This document shows positions 1 through 9,450 of a stretch of DNA of 64,000 nt, piece after piece (the first letter of the stretch is position 1; every line of letters starts with the position of its first letter). The notes under the pieces were generated by a model. It did not search any database, had not been told where the DNA came from, and saw nothing but the letters and a program-made list of their open reading frames with translations. The position numbers and the translations under genes were made by a program. The DNA comes from Nitrospinaceae bacterium (lineage in GTDB: Bacteria > Nitrospinota > Nitrospinia > Nitrospinales > VA-1). Location of the stretch: NCBI GenBank assembly GCA_046754465.1, contig JBHHVU010000012.1:1850-65849 (forward strand), in the 5' to 3' direction.

Positions 1-978
1 ATCACTGGCGGGATCGAGGGTGGGATTGTAGATAATGGCGTTGAGATCGCCATGGACCAACCGGAATTCATTCGGGTTCCCGGTGGGTTTCAAGAGGTTG
101 AGAACCGGGTCTCCGTACCGAGGATGGGTCACGGGATACATGCTGGCCGGATAGGTGACTTCGTAGCCGGATCCCGGAACTCCTGACACCAGGATGGGAA
201 GCTCACTGTTGGGGTCTCCGGGAATATAATTGGGATTGGAATTGGCAAGGGCCAGCTCTTCCTCGGTTACCTGGCTGCGGTACAAGTCCGAGCCTTCCGG
301 TTCCACGATGAGAGCGCCGTACAAACCCAAAACCTGCTGGCCACCATCGCCTTCGCCGCCCGCGGGCGCCGAATAGCTTTCAAAAATATGCATCCCCTCA
401 AATTCCGCTTTCCACCGGTAAGTGAAGGAATCACCCGGAGAGATTCCGGCAAGCCCTGTGTTCTTGGGATCGTGGTTGGTCGTACCGGGAGCGGGAATGG
501 ATTCCAGGTGGGAAACCACTATCGAGGCATCCCGGGTCGCTGTAGAATCCCCTTCTCCCCCGTCGAGGGGCCGAACAGGATCCAGCATATTGGTGAAATT
601 CACCACCACCGTATCGCCCTTGTTGGCCCTGAGAACCAGCGGCCGGGGACGTTTGCCATCTCGAAGATGAACCATTCCCGGCGGACAGGTGGGGTTATTC
701 GCCAATGGCCCAAGATCAGCACCCGTGGCACTGTGGCAATTGACATCCCGTTTCAGCGCGTACATCATCCCTGTCGGATTAAACGACCCGAAACGGTTAT
801 AGAAATACACCAAGTCAAAAGCGACCACATCGGCCACAATGGTTCGCCCTGTCCCCGCCGCGTCGGCTTGGGAAACCCAGCCGCCCGGAATCTGCATGGA
901 GCCCAGGACCAGCAGAGTCCAAACAACCATTCTGGCAATAAAATTACCACTGATTCGTTTTATTAGATAGGAATGCAT
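1..978 (-). CDS. MnxG-like large multicopper oxidase, N-terminal part (runs off the left edge of the window)
   Basis: Not in the ORF track; translated by hand from ATG at 978 (GAGG upstream), open to position 1: MHSYLIKRISGNFIARMVVWTLLVLGSMQIPGGWVSQADAAGTGRTIVADVVAFDLVYFYNRFGSFNPTGMMYALKRDV...DGKRPRPLVLRANKGDTVVVNFTNML...GGEGDGGQQVLGLYGALIVEPEG...YRSQVTEEELALA. These segments match my recollection of the MnxG-family N-terminus. Signal-peptide-like start. Cu-binding motifs lie outside the window. Confidence 0.75.
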   Translation of the reverse strand, partial: MHSYLIKRISGNFIARMVVWTLLVLGSMQIPGGWVSQADAAGTGRTIVADVVAFDLVYFYNRFGSFNPTGMMYALKRDVNCHSATGADLGPLANNPTCPPGMVHLRDGKRPRPLVLRANKGDTVVVNFTNMLDPVRPLDGGEGDSTATRDASIVVSHLESIPAPGTTNHDPKNTGLAGISPGDSFTYRWKAEFEGMHIFESYSAPAGGEGDGGQQVLGLYGALIVEPEGSDLYRSQVTEEELALANSNPNYIPGDPNSELPILVSGVPGSGYEVTYPASMYPVTHPRYGDPVLNLLKPTGNPNEFRLVHGDLNAIIYNPTLDPASD

Positions 979-1014
979 AATCAACCTCATCCACATTTGT
1001 TAATAATTTCTTCT

Positions 1015-1794
1015 TTAATACGATAATTTTTTACGCAACTCTCCCCGCGCCGCCACACGGGCTTTTCGTGCTTTGTTAAACTCCTTCCAATCTTCGGGGG
1101 AACGGATTCCCCCACTGTCAAAAAAGGGTTTCAGGTCCGGGTCCTCAAAAAGGTCCCGAGGCAAAACGGTTCCCGGCTGTATTTGCAACAACCGTTTGAT
1201 TTTGAAAATAGAAAGATCCGCCTCCGGCGCGGCCCGAGCTATTTTTTGACTGGCATCCGCCGCGGTCCCGGCATTACCCGGCCGAGGCATGGAGGCTGGA
1301 GCGGTTTGATTCGCCGGCCTCCCCGCTTTATCCGTCCCCTTCCTGCCGGCAGGGGCAGCGAACCCAGATGTGTTCAACAACACCACATCGCGCAACCGGG
1401 AATTTTTATCCCAAAGCGCGACCGTACTCACATCCTTCAAAAGCTCATGCACCCCCGCTTCCCAGTCGGCCTCACGAATATTCGCGGTGATCTTCCGGGT
1501 CAGCAGGGAATCCGCCACCCGGAAGCTAACGTTGGTTTCGTCCGCCACCTTTTGCAAAACATCCACCAGATACCCGTTGCTTACATTGATACGGACTCCC
1601 TTGTCCGAGGAGCCGATTACCATGGGAATATTCTTTTCTTCCATGACCGGGAGAGGAGGAAGAGAAACCGGCTTTTCCGGTTTGGAAGAAAAAAATTGGG
1701 TGAAGGAAAACGCGGGACCCGTCATAACCAGAACGACGGTTGCGATCATCAACCCTTTGATCCATCGACGAGCCACGGGGATTTCCTTCCACAT
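1015..1794 (-). CDS. Exported protein with STN/secretin-N-like domain
   Basis: N-terminal hydrophobic signal. INVSNGYLVDVLQKVADETNVSFRVADSLLTRKITANIREADWEAGVHELL resembles STN domains. Ends 37 bp upstream of the oxidase on the same strand. Confidence 0.55.
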   Translation of the reverse strand: MWKEIPVARRWIKGLMIATVVLVMTGPAFSFTQFFSSKPEKPVSLPPLPVMEEKNIPMVIGSSDKGVRINVSNGYLVDVLQKVADETNVSFRVADSLLTRKITANIREADWEAGVHELLKDVSTVALWDKNSRLRDVVLLNTSGFAAPAGRKGTDKAGRPANQTAPASMPRPGNAGTAADASQKIARAAPEADLSIFKIKRLLQIQPGTVLPRDLFEDPDLKPFFDSGGIRSPEDWKEFNKARKARVAARGELRKKLSY

Positions 1795-2990
1795 TATTCA
1801 AAAGGGATTTTCAAGGAGGGGCCCAGGGAGGAAATCCAGTTCACGAGAACCGGATCAATTACATTTACACGAGAAAATAAATTTTCCAGGCATCGATCCC
1901 CGGTCATGAAACCTGAGGAAAAATCCCGGATTCTCTCATCCCTTCGCCCCCATCGATAAATTTACATTTCCAGTTTCTATCTATACTTAGAATTACATTA
2001 ACCTCAGGGGACCCTACAACATTTGTGGCGGTTTTTCAACCTAAAAATAATAAAATTCCCATCGCCACGAATTTTATGACCCTCACCCATCATCCCCTCT
2101 CCGGAAGAATGGAATCCGCCGTTTTCAGCACCGCTGGCGGTCCGCCATCCCGCAATACGAGGGTGGTTAGGGAAACGGGTTCCAGCATGCCATTTGTTTA
2201 TTAAATTCAGGTCAAGACCATGTTACGGTTTGGTTACAACTACAATCGGCCCCGCACCCAAAAGCCGCACAAAATCCATAACTTATTAATAAATAATGAG
2301 GTATTTTATTTTCTCCGCCCACGGGGGTGAACTTTGCCAGGAGGGGCTTGTCATCAAATATCCAATTTCTAAAAATTTTTATGGGAAAAGAATCGACCGG
2401 ATGAACCAGGTGGGATGAAATTTAAGACAGGAATTGAATCATCCAGGGATGGGAAAAATGCGGTTTGCCCAGTCCGTGTGGAAGGAAAGGAAATTCCGGC
2501 GGGGCGTAGACGATTTCCAGTGCCGGTGGGGATCAAACCTCTCCAAGCATTTGCACCCGAAACAATTTGAATCGGGCAGGTATCGTGGTGGGAAATGTAA
2601 AACTAATATTCATGTTTTCATTTACAACCCGATTTTTTGGAGCATTCCTTCCAAATAAAAATAAGAGGCAACAAGAATCCCATCCCCGTTCCGGTACCCG
2701 GTTCCCTGGGATCTTTTTTAATCGGGCCGTTTTTCCTTTAATTAGGATAAAGACTTGAATTAAGGGATAATAGCATGACTTATTTCTGTTTTCCTGGCTT
2801 CAGGGATAGGGTAAAATAGCTACAAAAATTTGAATGGGATGGTGTCAGGGCCTATTTTCCCAGGAGGGGGATAATTGCCGTCGACCCGGAACTCCAACCA
2901 CGAACCGGGCGGGAGGGAAACCGGAATATCCGGGCCAATTCCGATTTCCTTTTTGCTCTCTCTTCAAACTTTAACCCTAAGGGGAAGGCC

Positions 2991-3209
2991 ATGACCGACA
3001 GCGTTTATAAAATTATTGAGCTCGTTGGAACCAGTGAGGTTTCCTGGGAAGAGGCAGCGAAAAATGCGGTTGAAACCGCCTCACAAAATCTGCGGGACCT
3101 GAGAGTCGCCGAAATCAACAAACTGGACCTGAAAATCGAAAATGGAAAAGTGACCGCTTACCGCGCCCGAGTGGGTTTGTCCTTTAAATATACATCCGCC
3201 CAAGGATAA
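2991..3209 (+). CDS. Dodecin (flavin-binding protein)
   Basis: 72 aa, VYKIIELVGTSEVSWEEAAKNAVETA...YRARVGLSFKY; AAGGGGAAGG RBS. Confidence 0.92.
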   Translation: MTDSVYKIIELVGTSEVSWEEAAKNAVETASQNLRDLRVAEINKLDLKIENGKVTAYRARVGLSFKYTSAQG

Positions 3210-3361
3210 ATTTGCTCTTCGGCAGCCAGTCTCCATGCCCAACAAAGGAAGGGGTAAAAAATCCTGGCTTGCGATAATAATTCTTTTCCTAACGGTCCCC
3301 TTTAATGATTAAGGAAATATTGTGCGTGCCATGGAAGGCCCGCCTTTAGGACCTTGGGTGA

Positions 3362-4486
3362 GTGGAATCAAAAATTATTTCCAAGGGCGCCTTGCCGCCG
3401 ATGGATCCTTATCCATCGGCCCCGGGGATTTATCATGTTAGGATTGGGAGTTCCGGATTGTTGGAAACACGAAAAGATTCTTCGTCCAGGAATCAAGAAA
3501 TTTTTAAGAGGCTGGTTTTTCTTTTTCCCCTTGCCGTTATCTTCGTATGGATCCTCGGGAAAGCCCTGTTCGGCCCTCAAAATCCGTTTTACCTGAACTT
3601 GATTCGGGAAGACGGCGTCATCGAGAATGCCCAAAGCTTTTTTTATTTTTTATCCTCCCTGTGCGCCTTTAATCTTGGAACAACTTTTTTCAAGAGCGCG
3701 CCAAGAAGTTTTGGGATTCTTTTTTACCTGCTCGGCCTGGCTTTATTATTTATTTTTTTCGAGGAGATCAGTTGGGGTCAAAGATTTTTTCATTGGAAAA
3801 TTCCCGGGTATTTTATATTCCACAATACCCAGAGGGAAATCACCATTCACAATTTAAGCAATGTGCAAACGCTCCTTCACTTGACTTATTTCATGATTGG
3901 TTTGATCGGCGGCTTGGCGTGGCTGATTTTCCCGAAGCTAAAAAGTGATCCGGCGTTGCCCGGCACGCCCTCACCGGTTCCTTTTGGCCGGCCGGTGAGG
4001 AGAAGGGGATTCGCTATTGTTATTTCGGGCCTCATCGGAATCGTAACGGCTCTCGTGGTCAACCCGGAAATTTTCCGGACCATTTATTTATCCCATGGGC
4101 AACTGACTCCGCAGGATTACCTGGGTTTGTCCGTGGTGAGGAAGGTTTTGATGATTTTCGGAACGATGCTGGTGCTGACGGGTTATTTTTTGATACGTTC
4201 TTCCAGAGGGGTAATGGAATGGATGCGGTCTGCCCCGCATTATCCCGCGTTTATCCAATGGTGTCTTCCCGGCTGGTATTTGACGTTTTATTTCATCCCG
4301 GTTTCCATATTCAACCTGATTTTTGCCGGCAAAACCTTGCTGAATCTCGATGATTTTTTCATACATAGCGATCACGAAATTCTGGAACTGATATTATCCC
4401 TTGGATTTTTTCTCTTTGCCGGTTCAAAATGGTACCGGCAAAAGCAGGAAGGGCATCCTGAAAATTTGATCGAGACTCCCCTGTAA
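3362..4486 (+). CDS. Multi-pass membrane protein of unknown function
   Basis: Several hydrophobic segments; EDGVIEN and EEISWGQR...NTQREITIHN motifs of a widespread uncharacterised membrane family. Start uncertain. Confidence 0.65.
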   Translation: MESKIISKGALPPMDPYPSAPGIYHVRIGSSGLLETRKDSSSRNQEIFKRLVFLFPLAVIFVWILGKALFGPQNPFYLNLIREDGVIENAQSFFYFLSSLCAFNLGTTFFKSAPRSFGILFYLLGLALLFIFFEEISWGQRFFHWKIPGYFIFHNTQREITIHNLSNVQTLLHLTYFMIGLIGGLAWLIFPKLKSDPALPGTPSPVPFGRPVRRRGFAIVISGLIGIVTALVVNPEIFRTIYLSHGQLTPQDYLGLSVVRKVLMIFGTMLVLTGYFLIRSSRGVMEWMRSAPHYPAFIQWCLPGWYLTFYFIPVSIFNLIFAGKTLLNLDDFFIHSDHEILELILSLGFFLFAGSKWYRQKQEGHPENLIETPL

Positions 4487-4544
4487 ACCCGGTTTTTCGG
4501 GGCCTGGTCCCGAAACAAGAATACCATCGGCTCCCAAAAGGATT

Positions 4545-5819
4545 ATGAATACGATTCACCGTTACATCTTCAAGGAACTGGCCAAGATATTTTGTGTCAG
4601 CGTGGTTTTCCTGAGCCTGAGTGTGTTCACGGAACAGATCCTTTTTCTGACCAAGTTGGTGGCGAACCGCGGCATCTCGTTCGGTGAAATGTTGATGATG
4701 ATGGCCTTCATGTTTCCGGCTTTCTTGGAATTGACCATTCCCTTCGCCGTGCTGGCGGCATCGGTGATTGTTTTCAACCAGTTCTCCTCGGACAGCGAAA
4801 TCATCGCCATGAAAACGAGTGGTTGGGGATTCCTTTACCTGATGCGGCCGGTGATGGTTTTTTCCTTTTCGGCGTATATTTTGATCAACATCATAATATT
4901 TCTGATCATTCCGATGGGGAACCAATCCTTCAAGGGACTGATCCACGACATCATCCGCAACCGGGCTTATTTTGACATCAAACCCTATGTCTTCAACAAG
5001 GATTTCAAGGACCTGGTCCTTTATATCAAAGGCAGGGAAAGCAACACCAGCCTGAGAGACATCTTCGTATCCGACAAGTCCGATCCCGACTCCTCCAAAA
5101 TAATCCTGGCCAAGAAAGGGATCATCATCGCGGAACCTTCCACGCTTAAAATCAAGATTCAATTTCAAAATGGGACCATTCACAACATCACCAAACAGGG
5201 ACGGAATTACAACATCCTCCATTTCGACCGCTACGAACGTTATTTGAGCCTTCCGAGCACGGAAAAACTGGAAAGGGAAGCCGTGGAAAGAAACCAGGAC
5301 GTCTCCCTGAAAACCCTGATAGGGGAAATCAAGCGTAAAAAGAAATTAGGCCTGAACACCGACCGGGAGCAAGTGGCGCTGAGCCGGAAATTCTCGGTTC
5401 CTTTTTCCTGTTTGCTTTTCGGGTTGGCCGGGGCCGCCCTGGGAATCAAATCCGGACGGACGGGGAGATCGGGCGGAATCATCATCAGCGGATTCATCAT
5501 CGCTTCGTATTTTCTCGGATTGATGATGATCCAGAAATTCGGCAAATACGGGCTGTTCAATCCCTATGTTTCGGTTTGGATACCCAATTTGATCCTGATG
5601 GTTTTCACCTTCATCATAGCCTACAAGGTACACTTGGAGCGTCCGTTCACATTTCTTACCAAGTTGTGGAATTTTCTGATAACGGGTTATCAGTTTTTAT
5701 CTCATTTCAGGAAAAGACAATCTCTCCGCCAAACGGATTTCCAAAAACCCGTGAAACCCTTGAAGAGCCCGAACCTGGGGACCCGCACCATTGCACAAAA
5801 TTTTTATCCCGAAAAATGA
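4545..5819 (+). CDS. lptF: LptF/LptG-family permease (LptF-like)
   Basis: IHRYIFKEL N-terminus, FNQFSSDSEIIAMKTSG, periplasmic beta-jellyroll region, SRKFSVPFSCLLFGL, WIPN. No lptG partner adjacent. Confidence 0.85.
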   Translation: MNTIHRYIFKELAKIFCVSVVFLSLSVFTEQILFLTKLVANRGISFGEMLMMMAFMFPAFLELTIPFAVLAASVIVFNQFSSDSEIIAMKTSGWGFLYLMRPVMVFSFSAYILINIIIFLIIPMGNQSFKGLIHDIIRNRAYFDIKPYVFNKDFKDLVLYIKGRESNTSLRDIFVSDKSDPDSSKIILAKKGIIIAEPSTLKIKIQFQNGTIHNITKQGRNYNILHFDRYERYLSLPSTEKLEREAVERNQDVSLKTLIGEIKRKKKLGLNTDREQVALSRKFSVPFSCLLFGLAGAALGIKSGRTGRSGGIIISGFIIASYFLGLMMIQKFGKYGLFNPYVSVWIPNLILMVFTFIIAYKVHLERPFTFLTKLWNFLITGYQFLSHFRKRQSLRQTDFQKPVKPLKSPNLGTRTIAQNFYPEK

Positions 5820-6014
5820 AAAAGGTATAAACCCGTCGCGTGCCGGATTATTAGAGTCTGGGTTCCCCGGGTTTCGGAAAAGGCCCTCCCGCCGGGCATC
5901 CTTTCACCCTCCCCCTGGAAGAAGGGTTCTCACGAAGGCGCTCTTTGGAACACCGGAACCCTTCCTGGACAACGAGGTTTGGCACCACGGCAGATGGCTG
6001 GAGATAGTCCCCCC

Positions 6015-7259
6015 TCAGCCCAAAAACCTGGAATAAATTTCACAAGGTTCAAAATGCGCCGGTCCACACGCTGGTCCGGGGAGGGGTTGTTCGATCACCG
6101 TCAACCGAACCCTGCCATTCTCAAGAAAATCGAGGACCATAAAACCCGCCCCATCCTTTGCAGCGTGGGCGAAAAGCGACCGGTCGCCATGCCACACCCT
6201 TCCCGCCCGGGAAGCGGTGCCGAGGCCGCTCACCAGGAAATATTTCGCGCCAGCCCTTCCCCCGCCTTCGATCACCTGAAGATCGTGCTCGTGACCCGAT
6301 GCGTAAATAATAGGTGCGCCCCTTTTCCCCGCGGCCGCTTCCAGTACCTTCTCCACAGCCCGTTTCATTTTCAGGTAAACCGGATGATTCATTTCCTGCG
6401 GACTGAAATAAACATTGATTCGCCCCCACTGCTTAATCATGAAAAAGAAATCCCCCAGACCTTTAAAAAAATAGTTTCCGGAATGTTCCCCCCAGGATTG
6501 CAGGGGATGATGGGCGGCGACGACCACCCACCGGTCTTTCGTTTTGGCATCGGTCAATTGAAGTTTCAAGGCCTGGAGCACCTCTTGTTCCGTCGCCCGC
6601 GAACACCCGCCCCGATGGTTGCGGCCGGGTTTCTCGTACTGATGTAGCCACCACTGGGTATCGAGCACCACCAGAGCAGCTTTACCGTTTTCACCTCCCA
6701 GCAAAACCGTTTTGGGTCCGGGACATCCCTTTTCCGGAATCAGGGCAACGTTTAGGTGGCCCGTTTTTTTTGAACCGGAAATATACCCACCCAAATTCCT
6801 GATCCGTTTCCATCCTTTCGTGCCCCCATTATCCCAGTCGTGATTGCCCGGCACAAATATGCCTTGGGCCCCGCTTTCCCGCGCCACGTTTATCTGCGCA
6901 TCGATCCTCATTTCGGCGCAAGCCCGCCGCTCGCAGTTCTCATCCTCCGCCTGGGGCAGGTTATCCTCGTCCGGCAAACCCTGTTCATAGATATTGTCGC
7001 CGAGAAAAACAACGGTGGATTTATCCGGAAGAAGTTTGGCGTAATTCTGAAGGGCTATGAGAATGGGCTTCTCCTTCATTCTCCTGCCTTCCCGGTCCCA
7101 GGCCGGCGCGCCCGCGTCACCGATCAAAAGAAGCCGATGGTTCACATCGGCTTGCTTCGCGAGGGCGCTCAAACAAACACCCCCCTGGCAATAGGTGAAG
7201 GATTCGTTACAAGCCGCCACCCCGATCCAGGTCATCGCAAAAAACAAGACTCTGATCAT
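6015..7259 (-). CDS. Calcineurin-like metallophosphoesterase, probable lipoprotein
   Basis: Motifs LIGDAG, FLGDNIY, PGNHDW, AHHP, SGHEH. Start placed at ATG 7259, which gives signal MIRVLFFAMTWIGVAAC with a lipobox (ORF track start 7304). Confidence 0.85.
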   Translation of the reverse strand: MIRVLFFAMTWIGVAACNESFTYCQGGVCLSALAKQADVNHRLLLIGDAGAPAWDREGRRMKEKPILIALQNYAKLLPDKSTVVFLGDNIYEQGLPDEDNLPQAEDENCERRACAEMRIDAQINVARESGAQGIFVPGNHDWDNGGTKGWKRIRNLGGYISGSKKTGHLNVALIPEKGCPGPKTVLLGGENGKAALVVLDTQWWLHQYEKPGRNHRGGCSRATEQEVLQALKLQLTDAKTKDRWVVVAAHHPLQSWGEHSGNYFFKGLGDFFFMIKQWGRINVYFSPQEMNHPVYLKMKRAVEKVLEAAAGKRGAPIIYASGHEHDLQVIEGGGRAGAKYFLVSGLGTASRAGRVWHGDRSLFAHAAKDGAGFMVLDFLENGRVRLTVIEQPLPGPACGPAHFEPCEIYSRFLG

Positions 7260-7305
7260 GGATCCGCAATCTCCCTGGAGGATGAGAAAACGATGGAGGG
7301 ACACG

Positions 7306-8370
7306 TCAGGGGTTCACCCACAACCAGTGACGCCTGAGACCGGCCAGGGTTTTTCCCAGGTTCCACAAACATTTCAGTCCCATATAAATACCCAGGGCCG
7401 CCATCAGTTTTAAGTTCCCATCCCCTGTGAGCAGGTGCACGTACCCGTCCGCGAACAAAAAAACAATACCCGCCGTCGAGAAAAAATCCGGATAAGGATG
7501 TTTCCCATGACGAAAATAACTGTCCATGACCTTGCCAATATAGTCACCGCAGTAAAAAGCAAGAATAAACCAGCCCGCGGACCGTGGCAGGGTATTTTCC
7601 GCCAGGGCGATGCTGAGCAAAAAACTTCCGAAAACGAAATTGGTGAATTGAGGGGGACTGTATCCGAGGCGTTTGAAAATATCGAGAACGGTTAACAAAT
7701 ATCCCATTCCCCCCAGGAGAATGAGTATCCAGTAACCGGGGATACCGTTCCAAAGGGGCGTCCGCCAAAACGCCTGTCCGGCGGGAAAGAGACAGGAAAG
7801 GTAAAAAATTAACAAGAAAAAAATTCCCTCCAGGGAACCTATCGGTCCAAAATAAAGTTGTCCCCGTTCCCTTTCCTCCATCATGGTGGCCGCAAAAGCC
7901 AGGTAAGATAACCAGAGAAGGGGATAAAAAACCGCGGGCTCTATGGGGATTAAAGCGAAACAAGCGGCCAGGGCAATCGCGCCGTTATAAACATCGAAAT
8001 AATGGTCCATGAATTCCCCAAGGGGTGAACAGGTTCCGGTCACCTTGGCCTGCATGCCATCCAAAATATCCCCCACCATGTAGAAGTGAATTAAAAAGGC
8101 AAACACGATCGCCAAAACGGCCACGCTGAATTTATGGGGATGAAAAACAAGATACAGCATCCCCCACATCGCCGCACAGGAAACCAGGGTGATCCAGTTG
8201 GCGGTCAATTTACGTGGGATCCATTGGAAATACAGGGAAACGTAATATTTCTTCACCAAGGGTTCCAGCAGCGACTTGTTGACACAGTTGTACCGGTATT
8301 CCCTAACGGGATTTTCACGTTTCCCGGTAATATTCGGACGTTCCTTCAATAAACTTTGGAGGGGTTCCAT
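7306..8370 (-). CDS. CDP-alcohol phosphotransferase, eukaryote-type choline/ethanolamine phosphotransferase (CEPT/CPT1/EPT1-like)
   Basis: CDP-AP signature DILDGMQAKVTGTCSPLGEFMDHYFD; N-terminal YRYNCVNKSLLEPL and GQLYFG segments; about 10 hydrophobic segments. Confidence 0.8.
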   Translation of the reverse strand: MEPLQSLLKERPNITGKRENPVREYRYNCVNKSLLEPLVKKYYVSLYFQWIPRKLTANWITLVSCAAMWGMLYLVFHPHKFSVAVLAIVFAFLIHFYMVGDILDGMQAKVTGTCSPLGEFMDHYFDVYNGAIALAACFALIPIEPAVFYPLLWLSYLAFAATMMEERERGQLYFGPIGSLEGIFFLLIFYLSCLFPAGQAFWRTPLWNGIPGYWILILLGGMGYLLTVLDIFKRLGYSPPQFTNFVFGSFLLSIALAENTLPRSAGWFILAFYCGDYIGKVMDSYFRHGKHPYPDFFSTAGIVFLFADGYVHLLTGDGNLKLMAALGIYMGLKCLWNLGKTLAGLRRHWLWVNP

Positions 8371-8670
8371 TAAAAGAGTATCCCAAAATCCGCCGGCAAA
8401 CCGAGGCTGAACCTAATCGCCGGTGTAAATTATTTTAAGGATTCCAGTGATCCTTGGGAGGTCAAATTGTTCCATCCTTCCCCATGCGGGGATATCTAAA
8501 AGCCGGGGCATTTTCGGCCCGGTTATAAAAATGGCTCCGAAAACACCCCCTGTTTTCTTTTCGGGTATAATACACACAATTCCGCCCGAAAATGAGGGAA
8601 AAAAGGGATGAATTCAATCCAGGAGAAAGGGAGGGATCGCCTCATCACGGGGCGGATTAAGGCATGAAAG

Positions 8671-9372
8671 ATGATTAAGGTTTGTCTGACCATAGATATG
8701 GAACCCGATTGCCCGCCTTTCCTGAATGGATTCCGCGGCATTGAGGAAGGCATCGGCCCCTTGCTAAGCTTGCTGAAGGAAGAAAAGGTAAAAACCACCT
8801 TTTTTTCGACCGGCCAGGTAGCAAAAAAATATCCACGAACGATTCGGGATATTGTGTCTTCGGGCCATGAACTGGGGTGCCATGGGGAGAGTCATCGGGA
8901 TTTTTGCACGATGGATCATGAAACCGCCGAAGCGGAAATTGAGGACGCCTCGGGAGTTCTGCGGCAATTCGCGCCCGTCACATCATTCCGGGCCCCTTAT
9001 CTGAAATTTCCCGAAATTTACCTGACTCTGCTGGAGGCTCACGGCTTTCTCCTGGACTCTTCGCAAGCCAAATACAAGGTCTCTTACTATCGAAAATCCA
9101 TTTCCACGAAACTCAAACGGATCCCCGTATCGGTCACCTCTTCTGTCCTTCGTCTACCCCCATGGATACGCACCCCTTACCTTGGGGCATTGAGCAGTCC
9201 CATCGTTTTATTTGTTCATCCCTGGGAGTTTGTCGATTGGCGCAAGGAAAAACTTCGATTGGATTGCCGATTTAAAACGGGAGTTCTGGCGCTCGATTGC
9301 CTGCGGTCCGTTATAAGGTTTTACGCGGGGAAAAATGCCGTCTTTCTTAGGATGGAAGAACTTCACGACTAA
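8671..9372 (+). CDS. NodB/CE4 polysaccharide deacetylase family protein
   Basis: LTIDME, TFF, HELGCHGESH, FRAPY, VHPWE motifs; no signal peptide, so probably cytoplasmic. Confidence 0.88.
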   Translation: MIKVCLTIDMEPDCPPFLNGFRGIEEGIGPLLSLLKEEKVKTTFFSTGQVAKKYPRTIRDIVSSGHELGCHGESHRDFCTMDHETAEAEIEDASGVLRQFAPVTSFRAPYLKFPEIYLTLLEAHGFLLDSSQAKYKVSYYRKSISTKLKRIPVSVTSSVLRLPPWIRTPYLGALSSPIVLFVHPWEFVDWRKEKLRLDCRFKTGVLALDCLRSVIRFYAGKNAVFLRMEELHD

Positions 9373-9450
9373 AAGACCGGCGTTTCCTGGGGCCGGAATT
9401 TTACTCCAGTGAATAGCATTCTTGATTTCAATGCTCCCCGCCCCACCTTC

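Noticed and set aside
388-966. 192-aa + strand ORF, and the many other long antisense or alternate-frame ORFs (e.g. 24613..26100, 49827..50900)
   Set aside because: They shadow well-supported genes on the opposite strand and have no recognisable motifs.
1795-2990. 1.2-kb AT-rich divergent intergenic region with short ORFs; possible sRNA, FMN riboswitch or sigma54 promoter
   Set aside because: No riboswitch consensus, no properly spaced GG-N10-GC element and no convincing ORF found by eye. An Rfam scan would be needed.
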